A DNA stretch of 62,844 nucleotides, filler included. It is 6 parts of 6 records of this genome, joined end to end, with 100 filler letters (N's around TTAATTAATTAA, not from the genome) between each part and the next. Parts side by side here need not be neighbours in the genome. Positions count along the whole stretch, not along the records: positions 25,793 to 36,340 come from SRR31156797_1769; positions 36,441 to 44,864 come from SRR31156797_1778; 4 more parts are not named here. One strand, written 5' to 3'. The translations under genes were made by a program, and so were the position numbers. The notes beneath the pieces were generated by a model that saw nothing but the letters and a program-made list of their open reading frames with translations, had not been told where the DNA came from and made no database searches. The first letter of the stretch is position 1. Each line of letters starts with the position of its first letter. Shown here piece after piece: positions 27,418-36,883 of this stretch.

Positions 27418-29112
27418 CTATCCGAAGAAATAGAGCAATAGGAAGGCCGCCAAAACGGCGATCACCCAAAGCACCATGCTGCCGGCCGGCAACGTTGCCG
27501 CCAGCACGCCTTCCGGTCCGTGATGGCGGAAAATCCACGTAACCAGTCGATTGACGCCGTTGATGGTCGTACCACGCACGGCCTGGTCAAGCGGGCCGAA
27601 ACTTGCGATGAAGCGCCTTACCGCCCGCGGCAGTAACCACCGGTACGGCCACTCGGCATCAACGTTAATTCCCACCATTTCCGGCGGATACAGACCCGAC
27701 AATTTAAGGTAGGTGAACGCCAGGGCCGAGAAGAACAGCAACTGCGCCTGGCTAAGCACATGGCTAACCGTATAGGGCTCGAAAGCCACGGTATACGGAA
27801 GCAGCCCATAAAGTGGCCAGGGGTAGATGCCGATCGCGATGCACAGGAACGCAGCCAGGAACATAGCCGCCAGCATGTTGACCGGCGCTTCCTTGCAACG
27901 GATACCGGAATCATGGGCGAAGAAGGCAAAGAAGGGGATCTTGATACCCGAATGGTGGAATACACCGGCCGAGGCGAACAGCAGAGTCAGCCATACGACG
28001 ATATGACCTTCCTCAAGCGCCGCGGCCAACACCATGGACTTTGCGACAAATCCTGAGAATAGCGGAAATGCGGAGATCGACGCCGCACCGATGATGCAGA
28101 AGACCGTGGTGAAGGGCATCGACTTGTACAATCCGCCCAGATCGGTGCCGTTAATCTTTCCGGTGCGAAACAGTACCGCGCCCATCGACATGAACAGGAG
28201 CGCTTTGTAGATGATGTGCACGAAGGCATGTGAAACAACGCCGTTAAGCGCCAGCGTGGTGCCGATCCCGATGCCCGTCACCATGAACCCGACCTGGTTG
28301 ATCAGGCTGTAGGACAGCACCTTCCGCAGATCATTCTCAATGACCGCATAGAAAATCGGAAACGCGGTCATCGTCGCGCCGATGTAGATAAGAATCTCGG
28401 TTCCGGCGTATCCACGCGCCAGGGTGTAAACCGCCAGTTTGGTGGTGAATGCGCTGAGGAAGATGGTGCCGGTGGGCGTCGCTTCGGGATAAGCGTCGGT
28501 CAACCAAGTGTGCAAGAAGGGGAACGCCGCCTTGATACCGAAAGCCAGAAGGATCAAGAGCCCGCCTGCGCCGTCGAGGCCAATATGCGTGAAGTCCAAA
28601 GATCCGGTCGCCCGGTAGCGCAACAGCACACCGGCCAGCAGAATGACGCCAGATAGAACCTGAATGATCAGGTAGCGCATCGCAACGGCCTGCGAATTTT
28701 CGGTCCTACGGGCCAAAATCAGGAAAACGGACGTGATCGCGGTCATTTCCCAGAACAGGAAGAGGATGATCAGATCGCCGGCGAATACGGCCCCTATGGA
28801 ACTTCCGGCATAAAGAATACCGGCGACGTGCTGGGTGGTGTCCTTGACATGAAGGGCGAAACAAAGGCCGATGAAGGCGGCTATGTGGAAGACGATCGAA
28901 AATAGCAGGCTTAGCCCGTCAACCCGCAACATGACCAATTCGTAATCGAAAAGCCCAAAGGTAACGAGATCGCCACGCCCCAGCAGGATCAGATTGGCGC
29001 CGCCAACAAGAGGAATAGCCAGCATGACCATCTGGCGAAGCGTCCCGCGCGTCACCGCGACAACCGCCGCACCGATATAGAAGATAAGGAAAGGCGCCAG
29101 GCTACTTGTCAT
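27418..29112 (-). CDS. Mrp Na+/H+ antiporter MrpD/MrpA-like subunit
   Basis: FLFWEMT, KAAFPFLHTWLTDAYPEAT, LSYSLINQVG. Confidence 0.9.
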   Translation of the reverse strand: MTSSLAPFLIFYIGAAVVAVTRGTLRQMVMLAIPLVGGANLILLGRGDLVTFGLFDYELVMLRVDGLSLLFSIVFHIAAFIGLCFALHVKDTTQHVAGILYAGSSIGAVFAGDLIILFLFWEMTAITSVFLILARRTENSQAVAMRYLIIQVLSGVILLAGVLLRYRATGSLDFTHIGLDGAGGLLILLAFGIKAAFPFLHTWLTDAYPEATPTGTIFLSAFTTKLAVYTLARGYAGTEILIYIGATMTAFPIFYAVIENDLRKVLSYSLINQVGFMVTGIGIGTTLALNGVVSHAFVHIIYKALLFMSMGAVLFRTGKINGTDLGGLYKSMPFTTVFCIIGAASISAFPLFSGFVAKSMVLAAALEEGHIVVWLTLLFASAGVFHHSGIKIPFFAFFAHDSGIRCKEAPVNMLAAMFLAAFLCIAIGIYPWPLYGLLPYTVAFEPYTVSHVLSQAQLLFFSALAFTYLKLSGLYPPEMVGINVDAEWPYRWLLPRAVRRFIASFGPLDQAVRGTTINGVNRLVTWIFRHHGPEGVLAATLPAGSMVLWVIAVLAAFLLLYFFG

Positions 29113-29356
29113 CGTAGTAGTCCTCCCGGCGCATCACGAGCTTGCGCATTTCCTTGGCCAACAAAACCAGAGCGACACAGCCGACAAATCCGTAGATGGC
29201 GTAAAATCCGTACCAGCCTTCCCACGACACCTCGGTGTGGCGATGGACCACGAAGTCGAGCCCGAACAGCACGGCGCACACAATGTACAGCCCGTAGATC
29301 AGGATGCGCACATTGCGTGGATTGTCGAACAAGTAGCTCTTTTCCTTGTCGTTCAT
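29102..29356 (-). CDS. Small 2-TM protein within the mrp operon
   Basis: 84 aa, GFYAIYGFVGCVALVLLAK..R..VMRREDYYD; overlaps the next gene. Confidence 0.8.
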   Translation of the reverse strand: MNDKEKSYLFDNPRNVRILIYGLYIVCAVLFGLDFVVHRHTEVSWEGWYGFYAIYGFVGCVALVLLAKEMRKLVMRREDYYDDK

Positions 29357-29366
29357 GGGGCCTGCC

Positions 29367-30836
29367 TCAGGAAACGAACATTTTGCTTAGGAGCTCAAAA
29401 ACCGGCTCCGGATAGAAGAACAGCACCATACATCCCACGGCTGTTATTGATATCGCCAGCACACAGGGCAGGGGGGCCTCTCGAATGCCGTCATGGCCGT
29501 GTCCGGGATTGTCGTCCGGTTCAGAGAAGAAGCCACGAATCGGTATCGGCAACAGATAGGCGATATTGAGCAGCGAGCTGATCATCAATACCGCCACCAT
29601 GATCATTTTATCGGCCTCCAGCGCGCCCATCGCCAGGTACCACTTGCTCCAAAGGCCGCCGAAAGGCGGCAACCCGATGATGCTGAGGCTGCCGATGAAG
29701 AAAGCAAACGTGGTGATCGGCATGGTCCGGCCGATGCCGCGCAATTGGCTGACTTCGGTCTTATGGGCAGCCACCAAGTAGGCGCCGGCGCAGAAAAACA
29801 GGGTGATCTTGCCGAAGGCGTGCATGGCGATGTGCATACCGCCGCCGAGGACACTGAGTTCCGTCGCCAGCATGGCACCGAGCACGATGTAAGACAGCTG
29901 GCTGACCGTCGAATAGGCCAGCCGGGCCTTCAGGTTGTCCTTGGTCATGGCAACCAGCGAAGCCAACAGGATGGTCGCCGCGGCCATGTATTGTAGCCAT
30001 TCGCTGCTACCAAGTTCGTACAAGAAATCGATGCCGAAGATGTAGATGGTCACCTTAAGTACCGAAAAGACGCCGGCCTTGACCACGGCAACAGCGTGTA
30101 GAAGTGCACTGACCGGCGTCGGCGCCACCATGGCGGCCGGGAGCCACCGGTGGAAGGGCATGACGGCGGCTTTGCCGATGCCGAAAACATAAAGCCCCAG
30201 CAGCACGGCCACTGCTACTCCGGAAACATGGCCGTCCAGGATGCCGCCGTCGGTGAAGTCGAGAGTGCCCGTCGCCAGCCATGTCCAGACGATGGCGAAA
30301 AGCTGGAATGCGATCGATGTCGACAGCAGAATACCGAGATAGATGCGGCCGCCGCGCTTCGCCTCTTCGGTTCGATGATGGGTGACCAGCGGGTATGTGC
30401 AAACGCTCAACACCTCGTAAAAGATAAACAGCGTCAGCATGTTGCCGGCGAAAGCGACCCCGACGGCACTGAACAGCGCAACCGCGAAAAACGCGTAGAA
30501 ACGCGTCTGGTTCTCTTCGTGATGGCCCCGCATGTAGCCGATCGAATAGATCGACGTAATGATCCAGAGGAAACTGGCAATCAACGCGAACACCATGCCC
30601 AAGGGTTCGAGCTTGAGCATGATCTCGAGGCCAGGAAGCATTTCGCCGAAAACGACCTCGGGCTGCTGGCCGGACATTACCAAGGGTGTCAGTGATGCCA
30701 CCAACAGGAACATGGTAATCGCAGTTACCAACGTGACGGTTTCACGCAGATTCGGGCGGTGTCCGGTAAGTACGATAAACAGCGTGCCGATCAGAGGCAC
30801 GGCGAGAATCAACTGCATGGTGGTCGACGGGCTCAT
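29367..30836 (-). CDS. Mrp antiporter MrpD-family subunit
   Basis: FIFYEVL, PFHRWLPAAMVAPTPVSALLHAVAVVKAG, LAYSTVSQL. Confidence 0.92.
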   Translation of the reverse strand: MSPSTTMQLILAVPLIGTLFIVLTGHRPNLRETVTLVTAITMFLLVASLTPLVMSGQQPEVVFGEMLPGLEIMLKLEPLGMVFALIASFLWIITSIYSIGYMRGHHEENQTRFYAFFAVALFSAVGVAFAGNMLTLFIFYEVLSVCTYPLVTHHRTEEAKRGGRIYLGILLSTSIAFQLFAIVWTWLATGTLDFTDGGILDGHVSGVAVAVLLGLYVFGIGKAAVMPFHRWLPAAMVAPTPVSALLHAVAVVKAGVFSVLKVTIYIFGIDFLYELGSSEWLQYMAAATILLASLVAMTKDNLKARLAYSTVSQLSYIVLGAMLATELSVLGGGMHIAMHAFGKITLFFCAGAYLVAAHKTEVSQLRGIGRTMPITTFAFFIGSLSIIGLPPFGGLWSKWYLAMGALEADKMIMVAVLMISSLLNIAYLLPIPIRGFFSEPDDNPGHGHDGIREAPLPCVLAISITAVGCMVLFFYPEPVFELLSKMFVS

Positions 30837-32317
30837 GATCCGCCTCCCAGCAACATTTCCGCCGCCGAACGGGCAACATCGACAGTCCGCGTCGCATCGA
30901 TCCCGAAATAGACGCTCGCCAGAGCCATGATCCAGGTCGGCACCAACAGAACCATCGGCGCTTCTTGCACTTCCGGCGCGCCTTCCGGCGGCGGCCGGAA
31001 ATAAGCGGCCTCAATGACTCGCCAGACATAGATGACGGCAAGAAGGGAACTGGCAACGATCAGGGCGGCAATCACCCACCAGCCTTTCTCGATCGCTGCC
31101 TGGATCAGGTACCACTTGCTGATGAAACCAACCGTCAAGGGAACACCGATCAGGCTTAGGCCGGCGACGACAAACGCCGCCATGGTCAACGGCATGCGCC
31201 GACCGAGCCCCGCGAAATCGGATATATTGACCGAGTGGATGCGGTAGAAAACGCAGCCCATGACCAGGAAGAGGGCGCATTTCATCAGAGCGTGATTGAA
31301 CAGATGAATGATGCCGCCGGTCAAACCGGCGACTGACGCGATACCAATGCCCAACACCATGTAACCGACCTGCGCGACACTGGAATAGGCCAGCAGGCGT
31401 TTGACGTTCTCTTGGAAGATGGCAACGAACGAAGCCGCGAACATACCGACGATGGCCAAACCAATCAGCACTTCGCGAACCGGCAGTGTCTCGAAAACGC
31501 CTGTGTTGCCGAAGACGGTGAAATAGATGCGGATCAACGCATAAACCGCAACTTTCGTCGCGGTCGCCGCGAGGAACGCGGTTACCGCCGACGGGGCATA
31601 GCTGTAGGCGTTCGGAAGCCAAGTATGCAACGGGAACATGGCCAGCTTCAGGCCGACGCCGACGGTCAGGAAGGCCAGCGCCGCATGGATCGTCCGGGTA
31701 TCGGCCATGGCAGGCAGTTTCAAGGCGAGGTCGGCCATGTTCAGCGTGCCGGTCATCATATACATGAGGCCGACGCCGATGACGTAGAATGTCGCGCCAA
31801 CCGTCCCCATGACGAGATAGCGATAGGAAGCGGTAAGCGCCCGGCGATCGCGGCCAATGCTGATCAATGCGTAGCCGGAGAGCGAGGAAATCTCTAGGAA
31901 AACGAAAAGATTGAACGCGTCACCTGTGATCGCGATGCCCAGAAGTCCGGCCAAGCACAGATTGAACATCGTGAAGAACAGGTAAACGCGGCGGGGGGAA
32001 ACTTCGCGAGCCACGCTTGCCTTCGCATACGGCGTAACGACGGCAGCAACGGCGGCGACGATCACCAGGACAAAGGCATTGGCGTAGTCGATGCGGTATT
32101 CGATACCCCACGGTGCGGCCCAGTTGCCGATTTCGTAAACGATCGTTCCTGTATCCAACACCTGTGTCAGCAAGGAAACGGCAACCGCCAGACAAAACCA
32201 GCTAACACCGACGGCAATCGCCCAGGTCGCCGTTGGCATCCTGCGGAAAAGCAAGCAAAGGGGCGCTGACATCAGGGGGACGATGACCTGAAGCGCAGGA
32301 AGATGGGCCGATATCAC
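30833..32317 (-). CDS. mrpD: Mrp antiporter subunit D
   Basis: DAFNLFVFLEI, KLAMFPLHTWLPNAY, LLAYSSVAQVG. Confidence 0.92.
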   Translation of the reverse strand: MISAHLPALQVIVPLMSAPLCLLFRRMPTATWAIAVGVSWFCLAVAVSLLTQVLDTGTIVYEIGNWAAPWGIEYRIDYANAFVLVIVAAVAAVVTPYAKASVAREVSPRRVYLFFTMFNLCLAGLLGIAITGDAFNLFVFLEISSLSGYALISIGRDRRALTASYRYLVMGTVGATFYVIGVGLMYMMTGTLNMADLALKLPAMADTRTIHAALAFLTVGVGLKLAMFPLHTWLPNAYSYAPSAVTAFLAATATKVAVYALIRIYFTVFGNTGVFETLPVREVLIGLAIVGMFAASFVAIFQENVKRLLAYSSVAQVGYMVLGIGIASVAGLTGGIIHLFNHALMKCALFLVMGCVFYRIHSVNISDFAGLGRRMPLTMAAFVVAGLSLIGVPLTVGFISKWYLIQAAIEKGWWVIAALIVASSLLAVIYVWRVIEAAYFRPPPEGAPEVQEAPMVLLVPTWIMALASVYFGIDATRTVDVARSAAEMLLGGGS

Positions 32318-32667
32318 GAGTCGTCCTCCTGCGCGTGGATTTCGTCATCCTCAATGGTTCCGTAAGCGTCTCGAATACGGACGACAAGGGCCAACGCGAG
32401 CGCCGTCGTTGCGACGCCGACGACAATTGCAGTCAGAATCAGAACGTGGGGCAGGGGATTGCTGAAAAGTTCTATCCCCTCTTCCAAAATCGGGGCGGTT
32501 CCGCCCTCGACCTTTCCCATAGAGATGTAGAAGACGAAAACCGAAACCTGGAAGACATTCAGGCCGACAATCTTTTTCACTAGGTTGCTGTGTGCGATGA
32601 CCATGTAAAAACCACACATCATCAAAATGATGACGATCCAATAATTGAAAAGACCAGGTATCTGCAT
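32314..32667 (-). CDS. mrpC: Mrp antiporter subunit C
   Basis: NLVKKIVGL, NPLPHVLILTAIVVG; likely start ATG 32667. Confidence 0.92.
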   Translation of the reverse strand: MQIPGLFNYWIVIILMMCGFYMVIAHSNLVKKIVGLNVFQVSVFVFYISMGKVEGGTAPILEEGIELFSNPLPHVLILTAIVVGVATTALALALVVRIRDAYGTIEDDEIHAQEDDS

Positions 32668-32671
32668 GGCG

Positions 32672-33661
32672 TTAGCGGTCCTGGCCCGCAAAAATCAGGA
32701 AGATCGTAATCATTGCACCGGCAACGGTGGTACCGACACCGAATTCAATGAGGGTAATACCCAGATGCTGCCCATGCGTTGCTTCGTGGGCGAGCACCGA
32801 GTAGTTCAGGTAGTTTCCGCCGAGAAACAAAGCGGCCGCGCCTACGCCGGCGTACAAAAGAACGCCGCTAGAAAGCATGGCCCGGCGTACCCAGCCGCGA
32901 ATGACGACCCTGGTGTTGTCGATACCGAAGATAAGTGCATAGAGAATAAAGGCACTGCCAAAGATGACGCCGGCCTGAAATCCGCCACCCGGCCCGAAAT
33001 CGCCGTGAAACTGTACATAGAGCGCAAACAGAAAAATCAGCGGCATCAGCAACTTGGACGTTACCCGCAGTACCGAGTGAGGCTGCATAGCGGGACGCCC
33101 GAGCCGACCCGTTCCTTCTGGAAGGGTGTGTTTGCGGCGGCGCCGGCCGCGGCCAATCAGCACCATCACGCCAACAGCAGCCGTGAAAATAACCGTGACT
33201 TCGCCGAGAGTATCGTATCCGCGGTAACTGGCGAGGACCGAAGTAACGATGTTCGGCACGCCGACCTCGGTTCCGGAATCCAAAATATACCTGGGCACCA
33301 CGTGGTGATGGATCGGTGCGCTGGGATCGCCGTAAAACGGCATATCAAGCGTGCCATAGACCAGAATTGCCCCGGTCACGACCACAACCAGAACCGCACC
33401 GATATTGCGATGCCCCTTGACGGCCTCCTCGGTCGTCGTCAATGCCAAGGTCCCCAGCATCAGGACTGTCGAAATACCGGCGCCTACCGCCGCCTCGGTG
33501 AAGGCGACATCGACGGCATCGAGAACCACATACAGGGCCGCTGCGGACAGGCTGAAAATTCCCGACAGCATGACCACCGCGAAAAGGTTGCGCAGACGGA
33601 TCATGGCAACTGCCGAAGCAGCCATCAGCGAAAGCAGAACGATGTTGATTAAGTGTTCGAT
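32672..33661 (-). CDS. mrpB: DUF4040 + MnhB fusion (Mrp subunit B); probable ATC start at 33661
   Basis: DAVDVAFTEAAVGAG, NIVTSVLASYRGYDTLGE, GPGGGFQAG; first ATG is at 33625 but the frame is open to ATC 33661 behind a purine-rich SD. Confidence 0.88.
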   Translation of the reverse strand: MEHLINIVLLSLMAASAVAMIRLRNLFAVVMLSGIFSLSAAALYVVLDAVDVAFTEAAVGAGISTVLMLGTLALTTTEEAVKGHRNIGAVLVVVVTGAILVYGTLDMPFYGDPSAPIHHHVVPRYILDSGTEVGVPNIVTSVLASYRGYDTLGEVTVIFTAAVGVMVLIGRGRRRRKHTLPEGTGRLGRPAMQPHSVLRVTSKLLMPLIFLFALYVQFHGDFGPGGGFQAGVIFGSAFILYALIFGIDNTRVVIRGWVRRAMLSSGVLLYAGVGAAALFLGGNYLNYSVLAHEATHGQHLGITLIEFGVGTTVAGAMITIFLIFAGQDR

Positions 33662-34002
33662 GGCTCGCTTTCCCCCGGTTTTTCTTCTTTGCCGCCCTCA
33701 GCGAGTTGCGGATTTAATCCGGTACTCAATGCCGACTGAGCCAATGCATGGGTCGACACAGGGCTGGTATAAAGAATGAACACCACGATAAGGAACAACT
33801 TGACCGTGACGAGCGTTAGCCCGGCTTGAAACATCAGGCCGACCAAAATCAGGCCGGCTCCGACGGAATCGATGATCCCGGCGGCATGCATGCGCGTAAA
33901 TACGTCGGGGAGACGCAACATCCCGACCCCACCGATCAGGCAGAACGCACCACCGGCGATAATGAAAATCCAACTCAGGGCATCGACAACAAGCGCCATC
34001 AC
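33649..34002 (-). CDS. mrpG: Mrp antiporter subunit G
   Basis: GMLRLPDVFTRMHAA, TSPVSTHALA. Confidence 0.93.
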   Translation of the reverse strand: MMALVVDALSWIFIIAGGAFCLIGGVGMLRLPDVFTRMHAAGIIDSVGAGLILVGLMFQAGLTLVTVKLFLIVVFILYTSPVSTHALAQSALSTGLNPQLAEGGKEEKPGESEPSNT

Positions 34003-34289
34003 ATTCCCCCAAGATCCTCGCCCGAGCGATGGCCGAGGCGCTCATACTTGAAAAACTTCATGATGGCGATGGTGGTAATAAAATTGATCAGCGCATAGAC
34101 AAGCGCGATATCGAGGAAAGCCGGACGTCCCATGAGAAATCCGAGAACTGCGATCAACAGGACCGTCAATGTGCCGAACGAATTGACTGCGAGAATGCGG
34201 TCATAGACAGTCGGCCCCTTGATCGCCAGGGCTAGAGCCATGGCCATTGTAACAAGCACTGCAATACCGGCGGCGGCAAACATTGTCAT
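33999..34289 (-). CDS. mrpF: Mrp antiporter subunit F
   Basis: GPTVYDRILA, FLDIALVYALINF. Confidence 0.93.
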   Translation of the reverse strand: MTMFAAAGIAVLVTMAMALALAIKGPTVYDRILAVNSFGTLTVLLIAVLGFLMGRPAFLDIALVYALINFITTIAIMKFFKYERLGHRSGEDLGGM

Positions 34290-34813
34290 TCCGCTTTGTC
34301 CCCGTCGCCGTTGCGCGCTGCCATGAAGCGGTCCAACTCGCTGGTTCCCTCGATCGCCGTAACGCGCGCATCCATCTCGCCGGTCAGAAGACCGTTTGCG
34401 GAATCCTCAGTCAGCGAATGAACAGCCAACCTATCGCCGTCGAGCGCGACGGTGACCGTTCCGGGGGTCAGGGTGATAGAGTTGGCAAAGATAACATGGC
34501 CAATTTCGCTTTTCTGGGTCGCCTTGATGTCAAGCATGGCCGGACGGATGGGCATATTGCCGCGCAGAATGGTTCCGGCGACGTGAATCGCCGACATGAC
34601 GATTTCCTTCAACAGCCAGACCCAATAAAAAATGATCCGCCAACTGAGATGCAGTGGCTGGCTTTCATGGTCAACGACATCCATGCGGCGCGCGATGAGA
34701 ACGACGAGAATGATTGATGCCACACCCAGTCCAAGAATGAGCGGAACAAAATATCCCGACAGCAGTAACCAGAGGATCGCGAGGACCAAGCCCAGACTAA
34801 GCGCGTGCAGCAC
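34286..34813 (-). CDS. mrpE: Mrp antiporter subunit E
   Basis: ANSITLTPGTVT, LAVHSL. Confidence 0.93.
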   Translation of the reverse strand: MLHALSLGLVLAILWLLLSGYFVPLILGLGVASIILVVLIARRMDVVDHESQPLHLSWRIIFYWVWLLKEIVMSAIHVAGTILRGNMPIRPAMLDIKATQKSEIGHVIFANSITLTPGTVTVALDGDRLAVHSLTEDSANGLLTGEMDARVTAIEGTSELDRFMAARNGDGDKAE

Positions 34814-35168
34814 GTTTTCCCTTCCGGTGCGACTTATTTCGCCGCTTTCAGTCTCGTTTCATCTTTTTGGCGCCAACGAACGCGATGCACTTTCTGGCGT
34901 CCCAAACCGCGTTCGTCAAGTGCCGCCTGTATTTGTCGGATGAGAATCAAAGGCCGGGAGCAACCAATATTCTCATGGTTTCTGCCGCATTTATGACGAC
35001 TTCATACGGAACCGAAGGCACCGTTTTTCGCAAAGCGGAAAAACAAGTGCGCCCCGCCGCTCCGTCATTTCCGCCGTGAAAAGCGCCTCCGATTGATTTC
35101 TCGTCACAACAAAATAGGGGGATCCGGCAATTTGAAACAAATCTCGCCTTGCCGGATTCGCCTCGGAT

Positions 35169-36119
35169 CTATCGAATTTCCACAGCGTATTCGGAGACCG
35201 CCGGAATCTTCCTTATCAAACCCAACCCCTTTAAAAATTCCGCGAATCGGGCGTAACGAACCGTATCAAGTGCCGCCGGCCGAAGTGCAAAACGGGGCAG
35301 GGTGTCGCGCCAGGCCCTGCGGTTCAGTTCATTGTCCAGGTCCGGATGGGCAGCCGTGAAGGCAGCCCAACTGTCTTCAGGATGGTTGATCAGGTACTGT
35401 ACGCCACGCCCCAAACCATCCAAAAACGCCCGAAGACGGCTATCGTCCAGATTGCTTTTGTTGGCGATGAAAATCAGTTCATCATAACCGGGAACGCCTT
35501 CGTCTTCCGGAAATATGGCACGCCCCGCTTCGCCGGCAATGTCCATTTGGTTGAGCTCAAAATTCCTGAATGCCCCAATCGTCGCTTCAACCCGGCCACT
35601 AAGGAGTGCTTGTGACAAGGCGAAATTGAGGGAAACCGATTCAACATCGTCGAGAGCCAAGCCGTGGCGGGCAAGCATCGCCGGAAGAAGCGTATCCCGG
35701 TAGAATCCAACCGAGAATCCAACTCGTTTACCTTTCAAGTCAGCAATGGTTTTAACGGGACCATTCGGCAGCACCATCATCGTAACCAGCGGTGTGGCGA
35801 CCAATGTTCCAACACGAACGACAGGCAATCCTTCGTCCACCTGGAGATGCAGTTGAGGCTGATAGGAAATCCCGAGATCCGCATTTCCGGCCGCAACCAA
35901 TTTTGGTGGATCGTTCGGATCTGCCGGTGCGACAAGTTCCACATCCAACCCGGCTTCCTTGAAAAATCCTTTCTCCTTGGCGACGATCAGGGGAGCGTGA
36001 TCCGGGTTGACAAACCACTCAAGAATGACCGTAAATTTTTCATTCGCCATTGAGGTGTTTTGCATTGATAACAATATACTGGACGCAATTGCTAATGTGA
36101 AACTAAAGATTTTACCCAT
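35169..36119 (-). CDS. NMT1/THI5-like ABC substrate-binding protein (hydroxymethylpyrimidine uptake, ThiY-like)
   Basis: LEWFVNPDHAP, GISYQPQL, GAFRNFE, GVPGYDELI. Confidence 0.88.
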   Translation of the reverse strand: MGKIFSFTLAIASSILLSMQNTSMANEKFTVILEWFVNPDHAPLIVAKEKGFFKEAGLDVELVAPADPNDPPKLVAAGNADLGISYQPQLHLQVDEGLPVVRVGTLVATPLVTMMVLPNGPVKTIADLKGKRVGFSVGFYRDTLLPAMLARHGLALDDVESVSLNFALSQALLSGRVEATIGAFRNFELNQMDIAGEAGRAIFPEDEGVPGYDELIFIANKSNLDDSRLRAFLDGLGRGVQYLINHPEDSWAAFTAAHPDLDNELNRRAWRDTLPRFALRPAALDTVRYARFAEFLKGLGLIRKIPAVSEYAVEIR

Positions 36120-36127
36120 GGTCGTCC

Positions 36128-36340
36128 TCAGTCATTGACAGGAGAAGAATCTGGTTGCCACGGCAGTGCCTTTCGCAAGACGGCATCGACGATAAAAAAT
36201 ATGATCACAGCCAGAGCCGCCAACGTGACAAGTGCGGCAAACATAACGTCGACCTGCATACGTGCATTGGCATGTATCATCAGAAAACCAAGTCCGGCGC
36301 TCGATCCTACCCATTCACCGACGATTGCACCGATTGGCGC
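36128..36340 (-). CDS. ABC permease (ThiX-like), C-terminal fragment
   Basis: Read manually: APIGAIVGEWVGSSAGLGFLMIHANARMQVDVMFAAL...PWQPDSSPVND*. Confidence 0.85.
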   Translation of the reverse strand, partial: APIGAIVGEWVGSSAGLGFLMIHANARMQVDVMFAALVTLAALAVIIFFIVDAVLRKALPWQPDSSPVND

Positions 36341-36440
36341 NNNNNNNNNNNNNNNNNNNNNNNNNNNNNNNNNNNNNNNNNNNNTTAATTAATTAANNNN
36401 NNNNNNNNNNNNNNNNNNNNNNNNNNNNNNNNNNNNNNNN
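36341..36440. other. Artificial contig spacer
   Basis: N-TTAATTAATTAA-N. Confidence 0.99.
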
Positions 36441-36441
36441 G

Positions 36442-36684
36442 CTTCCGGCAGTTACCATGCCTAAAGAATATCGTTCTTGTGTGCAACAAGTGACTAACGT
36501 TTCAGGATGTTTTTCTTTTGCCTTGGGGAAAACCGGATGCGATGTTTCTCTCGACAACGGAATGAACTGGAATTTTATAAATACTGAGAGTTATTACACT
36601 TTTCGGGCAATACCCGGTAAGCTGGAAGGATTTGCTGCAGGAAGTGATGGCCGGATTGCAAAGGTGTTTTTTGATTGGGAGTAA
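36442..36684 (+). CDS. C-terminus of a BNR/YCF48-like beta-propeller protein
   Basis: YRSCVQ, SLDNGMNW Asp-box, AAGSDGRIAK. Confidence 0.65.
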   Translation, partial: LPAVTMPKEYRSCVQQVTNVSGCFSFALGKTGCDVSLDNGMNWNFINTESYYTFRAIPGKLEGFAAGSDGRIAKVFFDWE

Positions 36685-36827
36685 ATTAAATAGGTAACTG
36701 TAGATTATTCAACGTCTTACAGGTATGTAATTATTGGTTGTTAGATTTTAACGAATAAACAGTTAAATAAGATGAAACGAGCATGATAAAACTGTACCAC
36801 ATAAGCGTATAATTATCGTGCGAGTTA

Positions 36828-36849
36828 CCTGCCTACCGTAACAGGCAGG
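36828..36849. repeat. Short palindromic element
   Basis: CCTGCCT-ACCGTAAC-AGGCAGG. Confidence 0.5.
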
Positions 36850-36883
36850 CATGAGTCACCTTTAAATAAACAAATATAGACGA

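Noticed and set aside
32645-33652. 335-aa plus-strand ORF
   Set aside because: Antisense shadow of mrpB in GC-rich DNA
34814-35168. Na+/Li+ riboswitch upstream of mrp
   Set aside because: No recognisable nhaA-I/II or DUF1646 consensus by eye; an Infernal scan would settle it
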